From the human T2T-CHM13v2.0 reference genome, Homo sapiens, in NCBI RefSeq assembly GCF_009914755.1, contig NC_060932.1: a stretch of DNA of 64,000 nucleotides. One strand, written 5' to 3'. Position 1 is the stretch's first letter. Each line of letters opens with the position of its first letter. The translations under genes were made by a program, and so were the position numbers. The notes under the pieces are model-generated. The model ran no database searches. It was not told where the DNA came from and saw nothing but the letters and a program-made list of their open reading frames with translations. Positions 15,153 through 27,303 of this stretch are shown here, piece after piece.

Positions 15153-16081
15153 GCTACTTAGAGTTGTTGAAGTAGTGGGGTATGATGACATTTTTGCTTG
15201 ACAAAGAGAGGCTAGACCTGGTGATGTGGATTTAAAAATTGTTTATATAAGTGAGACACTCGAAGCCCTGGGAATGAAGATTACCTAAGGAGATCTACTC
15301 AGTAGGGTGAGAAGACCAGAAGGACAGAACCTTGGAGGGCAATATTATTAAAAGGTGGCAAAAGCAGGAGTCAGCAAATGAGAATGAAAAGAAACATTCA
15401 GGGACAGAAGGGCAAAACAGGGAGAGTGGCACAAATTCTTCAGCTATAAAACACAGATGCACAATAAACAGGGCTTTCTTGCTTTTTCTTCCACTGAACT
15501 TAGCTTTTATTTGGGCCCCATTCTACTGGAAAGTTTACCTAGTTAATTCAAGGCTTATGTGGTAATTTTAGGATTTCCTAAGTCATTTCAGATTTTATCT
15601 TGATCACTTAGAATTTCCTTCCCTTCCTTTCTGCCTATATTATCTAATTCTTGGAGTTTTTAAGTAGTGTCATGGTATTAGGAGGTAGGAGCCATATGTT
15701 CTGCCAATGTCCTGTTTCATGTGGGCATCCTCTGGTGTGTGATCTTCCTATCTAGATCGAAGCTCCGTGGTAGTGTCTACTTCCCATTGGTCATGCTTCT
15801 TCTTCCATGTACCCTGTGTCTTCTTGTTCTGATGTTGAAGTCCCTTTTGTTTGCTGGTTCTCTTTCAACCACTTCTACACTATTCTCTGGGCATAAGAAA
15901 ATTTTGGCTGCTCTCTTACTCTAATATGGGCTCAAGAATGAGCTGACTAAAGACACCAAGTTGACAGATCCAGGGCTGAGGAGAAGAAACAGCACTGAAA
16001 AATCAAAAGAGGAAGGTGGTGTCCTTTGTGTCATTAAGTGGCAGGGCTGGAAGCAGGTTGCATCGATAAGAAGCCTGATGG

Positions 16082-16376
16082 GGCCAGGCGTGGTGGCTCA
16101 TGCCTGTAATCCCAGCATTCTGCGAGGCCGAGGCGGGCGGATCACCTGAGGTCAGGAATTTGAGACCAGCCTGACCAACATGGTGAAACCTCGTCTCTAC
16201 TAAAAACACAAAAAAATTAGCCAGACATGGTGGTGGGCACCTGTAATCCCAGCTACTCGGGAGACTGAGGAGGCAGGAGAAGCACTTGAAGCCAGCAGGC
16301 AGAGGTTGTAGTGAGCCGAGATCACGCCATTGCACTTGCACTGCAGCCTGGCAACAAGAGTGAAACTATGTCTCAA

Positions 16377-16407
<31 letters not shown>

Positions 16408-16410
16408 AAA
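16082..16410 (+). mobile_element. AluS-type SINE with (AAAT)n tail
   Basis: Full dimer. Tail is TAAA repeats at 16375-16408. Partial TSD AAGCCTG. Confidence 0.95.
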
Positions 16411-17477
16411 AGCCTGGTAAGAATACGGAAGTGAAGCCAGCAAGTCTTGACTAATCTCCAAGCAATGTAGCTGTAAAAGGTAGGAGTGCTATAGAATATT
16501 CTTTGGACGTGAGGAAGGCTTGAAGAAAAATTTTGAAAATGGGAAGATATGTGCATGGTTGTAGGCTGTGGAAAGAGCTAGTAAGGAGGATGTAAAATTA
16601 GTCTGTCTTGTACACCAATTCAGGAAGAGTTTAATGCTGTGATTAGGTACTGCTACTTTAAAAAATTAGTAGAATTTTTAATAGAATTTTGTTACTGCAT
16701 GATGAACCTTATCTATTCCATCATGTTAAGGGAATGAGTAAGCCAAGAAGAGGAGATATGAAAGGTTTTAAACAACTAGAAGATGGGTAATGGTAGTGCT
16801 TTTCCACTTACAAAATGCTTTTTACATATTTTTTTCTTTCAACATCTTTACTGAGTTCTTACTATATGCAAGGTACTATGCTAAGCTCTCTGGATCCAAA
16901 GATGAATAAGATGCAGTTCATGCTATTGAGGAGATCACAGACTATTAAAATGTAACGTTAGAAGCATTGTCATAAAGCATTATATACCCATACTATGGAG
17001 TCATAGACAGAACCAACAACGACTTTGGTGGAGGCTAAAAGGTAAATTTCCCAGGGGGTGACATTTAAGTAATAGAGTTTCTGGCCCTCATATTAACTTT
17101 GTGACTTGGTTTTCATTGTCTCTATTCACAGTTGAGGTAACTAAGACTAAGCAAAGTTAAGTAGTTTGTTCACAAATTTCAAATCTATCAAATAATAGAA
17201 TTAGGACTTTAGCTTACCTGACACCTCCTGATACCACCTTCTGTCTCTTTTTTCCTGCACTAGAACATGCACAATTTCATTTTGAATCATAAGAGAAAGT
17301 GCAAATAAATTTATTGATTGATGATGATACCATTACTCCCAATAGCTATCTTTGTATATTTGAAACACTGTCATGTGAAAGAGAGATGAGGCTTTCCTTC
17401 TGTTGACTTGCAGAGTAAGAAAATAGAACCACTGACCATTCAGGTCAGATAGATAGAACTTTCTTACAGGATTTTAA

Positions 17478-17498
17478 ACACAGACACACACACACACA

Positions 17499-17532
<34 letters not shown>
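17478..17532. repeat. (CA)n microsatellite with GA interruptions
   Basis: Seen directly. Confidence 0.97.
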
Positions 17533-17535
<3 letters not shown>

Positions 17536-17699
17536 TAACATCAATCATCACTGAGGAAACAAGCTTGGAAGCAAGAGTAGGAAAATAAGGAGATTTGATA
17601 TCTATATAATTTCACTTTAAAAATTAAAAGAGAATACATTTTTATGAATTAAATATGTCAGGGCATTATAAAAACAGCAACATAATGGCATAAGAATAT

Positions 17700-18150
17700 A
17701 GCATGGATTAAAAACATAATGGTTAAAAGAGAAACCCATTAGCTAGGATCTACACCCTTTGAATGTTCTAGCTAATGGCAGAAAATGTTCAAATATTGAA
17801 AGAAGACAATTTCAGATTGAAAAAGCACATTGAGTTCCAAGCAGAACAAACAAGAACAAATCCATACATAGACACATTTTGGTAAAACTATATACCACCA
17901 AAGTTGAACTATTGAGAGCTAAAGATGAAATGTTAAGAAAAGAGAGATCACCTACAAAGCAGCAGCAATGAACTGACATCAGATTTCTCAGTGACAGTAA
18001 TAGATGCCAGAAAAAACAATGGCATACTATTTTCAAAGCACTAAGGGAAAATAACTCAAAATGTAGACTTATATGTGTAGATACATTGATAGGCAAAAGC
18101 CATGGGAGTGTCAGAAAATTATAAGAAGAAAAAATTTTTAAAGGAAAATT
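17700..18150 (+). mobile_element. Ancient L1/HAL1 ORF1 remnant
   Basis: Degenerate ORF1-like segments AGACACATTTTGGTAAAACT, ATCACCTACAAAG, GACATCAGATTTCTC and GATGCCAGAAAAAACAATGG. Confidence 0.6.
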
Positions 18151-20205
18151 GTTTTGCTTTATAAAAACCATGGATTCTAGCGTTATTAAAATCATTAAGC
18201 TAATAATATCTAGTAAGTATATGATAGTAAAAAAGTATATCACAATGGAATTAGAATAAGTGTATACAGCTTGTTAATCATGCTAAATAAATTTAAGGAT
18301 GCTTAAAATATTTAAAGATTGATAAAGAAAATTGAGATTTGAATATATATTACTAGATGTTAGCAGTTAAAAAAAAATTAAATGCCGTTCATAAGTTCCT
18401 TGTTTCCAGAGTTGAAACAGAGTGAAAACATGCACAGAATACTTGGGGATGATAATCAGATTAACCACACTGGTAAGGAATTGCTTTTATATATCTCTAG
18501 ATTTTTATGTTAAGTAGACAGCAATTATACAAATATATATATATATATATATATTTTTTTTTTATTTTTTTTGCTTGGAAGCCTCTCTTTCTGTTAAATT
18601 TTTTTTAATTTGTTAATTATCTCTTCAGAAACTAAACTTAGAGACTGCTGACCTTTAGAGCAAATACTTTATCAGGAAGGGAGAACATATTTGATAATGC
18701 CAAAGTCTAGTTGCCCCTGTTGTGCTTTACACAATGTTCTGCTTCTTATGGGGTTTACACTCAAAGGAGGGAGACACTGGATGATAAATGGGTCTTTATT
18801 CTCAACATAAAACACAGAACAATCAAATATCAAGTTGTAATTGCTTCTATTCAGGTGAATGTAAAATTATGTCATGCTTGCTTTAATGAAATAATGAGAT
18901 GAGGATTGGAAAATAGTCAAAACAATTTTATTCAGTCTCAAATATCAATCTTGATCATAATTAATCCAGATGCTTTTGTCTTTTTCTAAATGCTATAGTT
19001 CTGCCATCAAAGTTGAATTAGTCCTTAGCAATTACAAAATGATCAATAATTTCAATGTAGTTGATATTTCAATATTAGCTACTAATGATATAAATCTTTG
19101 AAACAGCAACACAAATTATCCTTTTTAGTTACTACTAACTTTGTCTGTATTTGAACAATGACTTAGACCTAACCTAAATAGTCTCATAAAATTCTTTCCA
19201 AACACTTGAGTGATCCTGTGCCCAAGATATGCATTTAATAGTTTTCATTTCTTATAGTTTCGTTAGTTGAACTTAACATTTCCCCAGATTCCTTTAAAGT
19301 TGAATAGTTTAGGGAGGGAATGGTTTGGAACATGAACTCTCAACCCTGTATTAAATGATGTAATGTAATTAAAACTACCCTCAAAAGAGATTAGACTGCG
19401 TAGGTCTCCCTATAAATGAGTGAAAACGTTCATTTACTTTATGAAAATAAATGAAAATTTGTAACTTTAATTCCTTTTTTATGACAAGCTGCCAGTAATG
19501 AAACATAAGATTACATTTAATAATTTTACTCATTACTTATAAAGTAAAATCTTACTTTGTAGTAAAAAGTTATTACTGTTAAGATACCACTGACATTCAT
19601 TTATGAAACTGATCATTTCAACCAGTCAACTGTGAAAATGAATGTAGGTTTTAAAACATTTATGCCGTGGTTAGTCAATTTAATGTACATTAGGTACTAA
19701 GAGGATCAGAAAGCATCACATTTCTAATTCTAAACAGCCATGAAAGTCATAAGTATTTATTTAGAAATATTAAAATGGATATATATTTCTTATTGTTTTA
19801 TTCCAAAAATAACAAAACAATTAGAGTATAAACATGAGCTCATACACTGTGTCTTGATTACTTTTACTCCTGTGAGAACTCCTCGAATACTCTTACCCTT
19901 TCGGAGAACTCTCCCTTTTGTTCTCAAACTGCTGGATACAGTCACAGTAGTATTCTGTATCTATAATTTTTTTTCTTCTAAATAATCTTACATTTTATTG
20001 AGCTTTAGTTTAGTTTTCTGAAGCTGTGTATCATCAAAATGTTGAAAATTCCTTGTGAAATTCAGAGGATATTGATTATGCAGGGGGTGCTGTGGGAGAG
20101 CAGGACCACTGTGTGGGGAAGGGAATGCTGCTTAGCTGGGTGGCTGGCTGGAACATGATGGGATTTTCTTTGTCGTTTCTGTTCTTATCACAGTCCAAAT
20201 TGCCC

Positions 20206-20340
20206 TAAGGGTGGAATGACCATATAATGTGTCGTCTAAGCCAAGATGCTTTTGAGAGTAAAAGTGGATTTTATTAATAGCTGTAAAAACAACAGGAAAC
20301 CAGGACTGTCCTTGGCAAATCCCAATGTATGGTTACCCTT
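20206..20340. mobile_element. MER94-like hAT MITE
   Basis: AGGGTG...ACCATAT start and ATGGTTACCCT end (terminal inverted repeats), with TTTTGAGAGTAAAAG core. Confidence 0.6.
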
Positions 20341-21682
20341 GCTAAATGGAGTAGTTAACTTCAGAGCAGTACTCATGTCACTTATCACTGTGGCATGGCA
20401 GTGATAAATTATATTTAGTCATTCCATAAATTTTTGAGGGCCTGCTTTAAGCAGGGAACTGAATGCTAAGTACAATGCGAATAAGTAGGAGACCTAGTCT
20501 GTTCCAAATGGTTTAAAATTTGAGTTTAAATGCTAAAGAGGTAAAAGATATTAGCAATAAAATCTAGATATTAAATGAGTGATAGAGACCAATTGCTTTA
20601 GGATTCAAAGTGGAAGATGAGATCACTGTAGGTTGTCTGGTTTGGGAAGTGCCTAGAAACACAGGACTTGTATATAGCCTTGAAATAGGTGGAATTCAGA
20701 TACATGGAGAAGAAAGTAAACAGAATGTTTTAGGAGAAGAGAATGGTAAGGAGGAGAATAAATCATGTTCATAGGGCAGTGAATCAGTTAGGTTGGTTTG
20801 TGGATAGGAGTGGCAGGAGGAGACATTATTAAAAAGTTGAGGTCACATGCCATGAACCTGTCAAAGGATTAGATTAAGTAAGGGGTTTGAACTTGATCTT
20901 GTTTGGAAATGAAACCCTACTGAACATGTGGGGGAAAACCGGTGAGATATATATGTGTTCGTGTGTGTGTGTTTTAGAAAGAGTCACTTGGCAATAGTGT
21001 GCTGGCTTAGTTGAAGTTTGAAGAGAAGAGAAGCTGAAGATAAGAGGCTAGTTAGAGTGGTTTCCTACTGTGGGTGTAAGGTGTGGTGGTGGAAAAGCAA
21101 GGAAAGTATCATAAGGAAGGAAGGACAATATAAATTGTTGATTGATTGAGCATGGGAAACCTCTGAGGGGTGTGAAGGAGAAAGAGTCCAGAAGGGAGCT
21201 GGTTTGGGAGGCAAGACCCCAAGTTGTATCTTAGACATGTTGAGTTTCAAGTGATGCCTGGATAATTCAAGTGAATACGTTTAACCCTCAGTTGGAGACA
21301 GACTGGCATGGAAAAGAAATATACTTCTTCAGTATGTTATTTGAAAACATGTGCACTTTCCAACAACTGTTCATTCTTCTAAACCATTCTGTAGTTGCTA
21401 TTAAGCTATAATAGAAACCCTCATTAATGAAAGAGCCTGGGAATCATACAATGACTAACACTAAGCTATAATTTAGTGAACTTAGATTCTAATCTTGTCT
21501 CTACCTTGAAATATGAGGCCTAAGGTAAGTCATCTACCTTACTATATCAGGACTAATTTCCTCATTTGGACAATGAAGGGATTAGACCAGTCTCTTCTAG
21601 CATGAAAATGCATTGATTCCATAAGCAGGGAGGGCTGCCATTGTTATGCTTTTCAAGTCCTGCTAATTTGGAACATGATAAC

Positions 21683-22182
21683 AGTATTAGTTTTCCATTG
21701 AAGCTGTTAACAAATTTCCCAAAGCTTGGTGACTTGACAGAAATTTTTTTTTTTTTTTTACAGTCAAGTAGATCAGAAATTCAACATGGGTCTCACTGGG
21801 CAAAAATCAAGATTTTGCAGGCTGGGTTTCCATCTGGAGGCTCCTGGGGGGAACCATTTTCTGGCCCTTGACAGCTTCTAGAGGCTCCCCATATCCATTG
21901 GCTCATGGTTCCTTTCTTCCATCTTCAAAGTCAGTATTGGCTGATCTAGGCCTTCTCATATCACCTCACTTGGACCTTCTCTTTTATCTCCTTCTTCCAC
22001 TTTAACAACTCTTGTGATTACATGGCGCCCACCTAGGTAGTCCAGGGTAACTTCCTTATCTCAAGGTCCTTAATTTAACCCAACTTGCAATGTCCCTTTT
22101 GCTATGTGAGGTGACATGCATATTCATGAATTTCAGGAATTAGGATGTGGACATCTTTGGGGGGACATTATTTTGCCTACTG
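21683..22182 (-). mobile_element. MLT1D/E-like LTR
   Basis: TATTAGTTTTCCATTG...GGGTCTCACTGGGCAAAAATCAAG...GGACATCTTTGGGGGGACATTATTTTGCCTAC. Confidence 0.75.
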
Positions 22183-24169
22183 AGATACATTTTCCTGAGA
22201 AAACAGGAAACCATCTTATGCTCTTTTTCTATTCCTTGTGCTTCATATAATATTGAAATCTTATCCAAACTTTTTACTGTGCCATATAAATATATATTGC
22301 AATAATTTTTAATTTCTCAAAGTTTAAAATATGGCAGTGATGGTTACCAATTATGTTGAATGATTTTTAAAAATTTCTCAATTCTACCATTCAACAAACA
22401 TAAAACTTAGCAAAGAGTAATATTTGAATTTAAAGTGGAAAACTACTTTTTAAAAAACACGTAGAGAATATAATCATGTGTTTGTTTGCTTTAGAAAATA
22501 ATGCAAATATTAATGGTGAAAAAGTAAACTGTATTATAGCATTTTACTTTTTAAAGCTTTTTGCTAAAATGATATTTTTTCAAAATAAAAGCATATATAA
22601 TCACAGACCAACTCCTTTTCCTATTCACTGACCTTGGCTTGACAGAAAGGATATTTCATTGAGTGCTTTGATCTCTATCTATAAACAATGACAAAAGCAG
22701 TATTTGTCTTTGACAAAATCATGAGGTTTTGTTAATTGAGGTTTGTGAAGAGAGGTCCTCTATAACAGGGAGTGTCTTATTCCTTTGTAACATGCTCATT
22801 TCAAATGGACATATGTCGTACCAGTAGAAACAGTTGCAATAATGCCACAAATAGAAATACAAATTTAAAAGGGCAGCAAGTGTTAAGGTGGTACGAGAAT
22901 TTCATGTTATGCAAACATTACTAGAGATGATGAATCTAGATGGAAAAGTGTAATACCAAGAAATTATGCTGAGTTGTTTTTCTAAGTTAAATTTCTAGAA
23001 AACAATTCATAGCCCTGAAAAATATTGTATAAGAAATAGAAATTATTAAGTTGGAGAATAATCACCTTCAAAGTTTCATGTTCACTATAAAACTAACAAC
23101 GGGCATTTAATAGACTTCTAAAAATCTCACCAAAATATTCATTTTATTATAATTAACTAAACAATGTTTCCCCCAAGAAGGGGAAAGAGGGACACAGACA
23201 CTTTGCATTCCTGCTTGCAATAAGAGCCAACCTAAACTCTGCCCATGCGATGTCCTAATGACACAAGGGAAATGGCTAAAACCACACTGGAAATAGAAAA
23301 TGCCTTTAATACTTTCTATTATAAACTTTTCACCTCATGAAGAAACTGGACAAAGCAAATCAGATGTCGAACTTGTTTCCTTAGTTTATATTTGTTTCTT
23401 TCTCTAACTTCCTCCTCTTGGTTCTTGGCTCTATTAATTGTTCAGGTTTCTTAAAGAGGAGCTGAGGAAAATGTATGTAGCATGTTTTATTTTCAATAGT
23501 TCTTTAATTCTAGCTGAGATATGTTACAGAAGTAGGCAGGATTAACTGGTTGGGTGAGACGGTTGTCTAGTATATGGAAAAGGAAAAGACCATATTTAGC
23601 CTGTCTTTTGCCATTTGTTCTCCAACCACAATTTCATCACTTAATCATTATAATCTAGTTAGGGAATCAATATTATATCTTATATAGTAGATTTAAAATA
23701 TTATATGTGTCTGTCATTCAAAAATACTTATGAAATCTTTTTATTTCTGGACTAATGTATTGTTGATATCCCATGATTTAACATTTTATGGTCTATTTAT
23801 AGTTTATACTGTATTGTTTCCCCAATACAATGTGCACATTCTTGAATTTATGCTCTCATAGTTCACCCTCCCCGAAATGTCCTTTTGGTTTCTCCCCAGG
23901 CAGACACATTCTAGTCAACCTTCAAAACCCAGCTCACCTTTTTCTTATATTGTGAAATCTTGCTTAATATGCAGCCTATGGTGTCTCCTGTCTCTGCACT
24001 CATATAGAACCTATCCTTGGGCTGAGCCATATGTTTCTATTTGTGTGTGTGTGTATGATTATTGTCTTTCCAACTAGATGCTAAGATTCTTAGAGGCAGG
24101 GATTGTTTGCTGTATATCTTTGTAGCCTGACACTTTGCCTAATGTGCAGATTTTAGGTAACTTATAATT

Positions 24170-24705
24170 TGTCAGGACTCGTGGTTGCAAATTAAAGAAA
24201 CCCAACTCATATACCAACTTAAGCAATGAAGAAGGTCCAGGGATGAATCTGGCTGAAGATTTTGTCATGTCTAAATTAGGTTTCCAAATTTATCATTAGG
24301 AATCTGTCCTTTATTTATTATCTCTGCATTCCTTTGTTTTGGCTTTGTTTTCCAGTGGCTGCTGCCTAAATTGTGTCTTTTGGGAGTAAAGGGAGAGCTT
24401 CCTTCTCCCAATAGATGCAGAGAATGTCCTGGGGCTGATGTTCATTGGCTTCCTTGAACTGTCTTGCCTTATGTGCTTACCCCAGACTAATCACCATTGT
24501 CAGAGGGAAGCAATTGAGTCATTGCCTGGGCCGCAGTTACATGGTCATATATTGAGCCAGGGAGTGAGAAAAGTTGCTCTCTCACTCCCCCAGCATATGC
24601 ACTGAGATTGGAGGAGTGGTAGTTGCCCAAAGGAAAAACAGGGCTTTTGTGCCAGCACAATGGGAAATGGATCCCAGACAGGAAAAACCAAGACGTCCAC
24701 TGAGG
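24170..24705 (-). mobile_element. Old MLT1 (J/K-like) LTR
   Basis: GTCAGGACTCGTGGTTGCAAATTAAAGAAACCCAACTC start, CATTGGCT and CTAATCACCATTGTCAGAGGG motifs. Confidence 0.55.
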
Positions 24706-25826
24706 AGTTCAGAACCTGTTTGCTGATTGATGAATTAATATCTTTGTAGGAAAAAAGTCAGGTTTGTAGATATTCTATACCATTTTTCACCTTCATCCAA
24801 AATATTTTACAGTTAGGATAGTGCTGTGTATCCTCTAAGTGCTTCACAGCCACTGTTGGAGGTCTGTGTGAAGGGGATGTGACTTATGACTTTGGCTCCC
24901 TGCTGATACATCACCAGGGTTAGAAGGCTGTTACTCTCTCAAGGGTGGATCAATAACTGTGCTTACCTGTCTGAACCTTTCAATAGGATCTCAGAGTTCT
25001 TTTGTGGAAGAGTGAACAGAACAGCAATCAAATCTCTCATTGTGGGTTGTGATGGTGTTGGCCAAATGGTTTCATGGTAAAACTAAGCAGCGTTATCAAC
25101 CAATTAAATATTTCCCAGTTACCAGTTGTGGAAATCTTTTGGATTCTCTCACTGAGAGCTGTGTTGATTTCAGGACATGATTATAAAACATAGAAATGGT
25201 AAGCTTTTGAGGTTACCATTATTTCAAACATAAATGGTCAATATATGTGCACTAAATTGGCTAACAGGATTTTGACTGCTTATTTTGTACAAATTATTTT
25301 GAAGTACAAAAATTTAATTCATGTATTAGGCAACTTGCCTGAGACCCAGCCAGTGAAGATCTTAATGAATAGTACAGACAGTGAACAAAGAATTTTAGGA
25401 AGATTAATTTCCATGGCAACTGCATGCTGGGCAGGTAAAACCAAGATACCCATTAAGAAGTTCAGTACGTATTTGCTGATTGATCAATTTAATACCCCTG
25501 AAGGACAAAAGTCAGGTTCATGTAGATTCTGTATCATTTTTTCACCTTCATTTCAAACACTTTATGGTTAGACTACATAATGATATGTTTGAATAAAAGC
25601 ACACATAATCTTTCATCATTTGGATTTTGTTTAGCATTTGAGTATGATTTTCTTAGCTAGTTAAGTTTGTGTTTTTATGTGTGAGAAAAGAGCAAATCAA
25701 GCATAAATAGAATAGTGCGTCTTTAGAAGTCAATGTTCTGAAACCTCTGAGAAAGCAAATATTTATTTTAATGAAAAATACTTATTGAACACTGCCTAAA
25801 TTTTATTTTTAATCTTTACTTTTTAG

Positions 25827-25937
25827 GACTGGAAGATAAGCAAGAATCTGAAGCTGGTGCCTCTCCAAGTATTAATTTGTTCTTACAAATGTTTTACTCA
25901 ACGTGACCCTAACCTCTTTGGAATTGCTCAGGTGTAG
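25827..25937 (+). CDS. LRRC69: LRRC69 last coding exon: DWKISKNLKLVPLQVLICSYKCFTQRDPNLFGIAQV*
   Basis: Strong pyrimidine tract plus TTTTAG| acceptor at 25826. Phase 0 joins the previous exon. 36 codons precede TAG 25935-25937, followed by poly(A) signals. Confidence 0.88.
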   Translation, partial: DWKISKNLKLVPLQVLICSYKCFTQRDPNLFGIAQV

Positions 25938-26043
25938 AACAGGTGAGGTGCTCATTCATAGCCTCACTCCACTTGCCCTGTCAGCTCTGCATACACAGAT
26001 TATGCCCTACTTAAGATACCATGCCTGTTCTCTTTGTCAACAC

Positions 26044-26176
26044 ATTAAATAAAGGAAGAAAAATAATTCCATTATAACGTTCCCAATCTAAGCACTACAA
26101 TCTGCCTTCAGCTTGCTTAGATTCTAGGTGTGCTTTTTTTGGCTTAAAAAAGTACAAAAAAAAATTGAAAAATAAA
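26044..26176 (+). terminator. LRRC69: LRRC69 polyadenylation signals
   Basis: Overlapping ATTAAA/AATAAA at 26044-26053, and a second AATAAA at 26171-26176 followed by GT/T-rich sequence. Confidence 0.65.
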
Positions 26177-26598
26177 GATTTGTGTGGCAAGTGAGTTATT
26201 TTTTCCTGCTGTTTTATGACTACCACTCCCCTTTTTCTAGGTGAGTATTAAGAGACTTTGACGGGGAAAAGTATTTATTTTATGAATGTTTTGCAATTGA
26301 AAAGGAATCACTGTTTTGTGCTAGATAGTCGTATTATATTTGTGTGATTTCATTTGAGGCACTAATATCTACTGACCTTCACAGAAAAAATGAGTAGAAG
26401 CCTGGAAACTCAGGTTTGATAACCCCTAATATCACTTTGTGACTGTTTTTAATTTTTTTTTCTCGTTTTAAAAAAACTTTTTACACGACAAACTGCCGAG
26501 GCAGTAGTTCAGAAATGAGAATTGTGCTCATTTTCTTTAAGGACAACAGAAAAGTAGAAAAATAAGTTATGAAAATATGTGGTGTGCTTTGCACAGAC

Positions 26599-26785
26599 CA
26601 GTGGTTCTTGGAATTGTGTTCTACTCAGCACCATCCACATCAGTTGAGAACGTGTTAGAAATACAAATTATCTGGCTCCACTCCAGAAGCACTGAATTAG
26701 AAACTTTGGGAGTGTGGCCCAGAAATCGCTATTTTAACAAACCCTCCACGTGATCTCTTTGCATGCTCTAGTTTGAGAACCACAG
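26599..26785. mobile_element. MER5A DNA transposon
   Basis: CAGTGGTTCT...TGTTAGAAATACAAATT...TTTTAACAAACCCTCC...AGTTTGAGAACCAC. Confidence 0.85.
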
Positions 26786-27303
26786 GATAGACTTAGATAA
26801 AGCTGCTGCATGTTCAGAAAAGTGAGAAATGTCATTATAATTTCATATTTAAACCCCACCAGAAATCTATTTCTTCTTGTCACTACGTATGGTCCTTCTG
26901 GTGGAAAGCTGAGTGGAGTCTCTCATCTTCCAGGTAGTTATTATCAGGTTACCTTCCTAGCAAGGCCTTTTATGAGTTTAATTCAGGTTCTTTATGCATC
27001 AGAGTTGCCTCTGGCATAACTGAGAAATGAAATCAATGGAGCACAGCAAAGAGATCCTCAAACCAGAGAGCAAAGTTCAGGCCCCACTGAGACAGAGATG
27101 GGGCCTCAAGGTAACTTTCTAAAGGCTCCATTAACCAAGAATGCATTTTAAACAAAAATAAAAAACCAAGTACAAATGAGCTCATCAAAAATGCGTTACA
27201 GGGGTAAAGTATGTGTGCTTATTTTGAGGGAAAATTGCTCAGTAGATTGATTTTGATTAGGGAAATAATTTCTTATAACCTAAGCTGTTGAAAAAGTGTT
27301 TTT

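Noticed and set aside
17812-18243. 143-aa hydrophobic minus-strand ORF
   Set aside because: It is the antisense read of an A-rich ancient L1/HAL1 remnant; the hydrophobicity is a compositional artefact.
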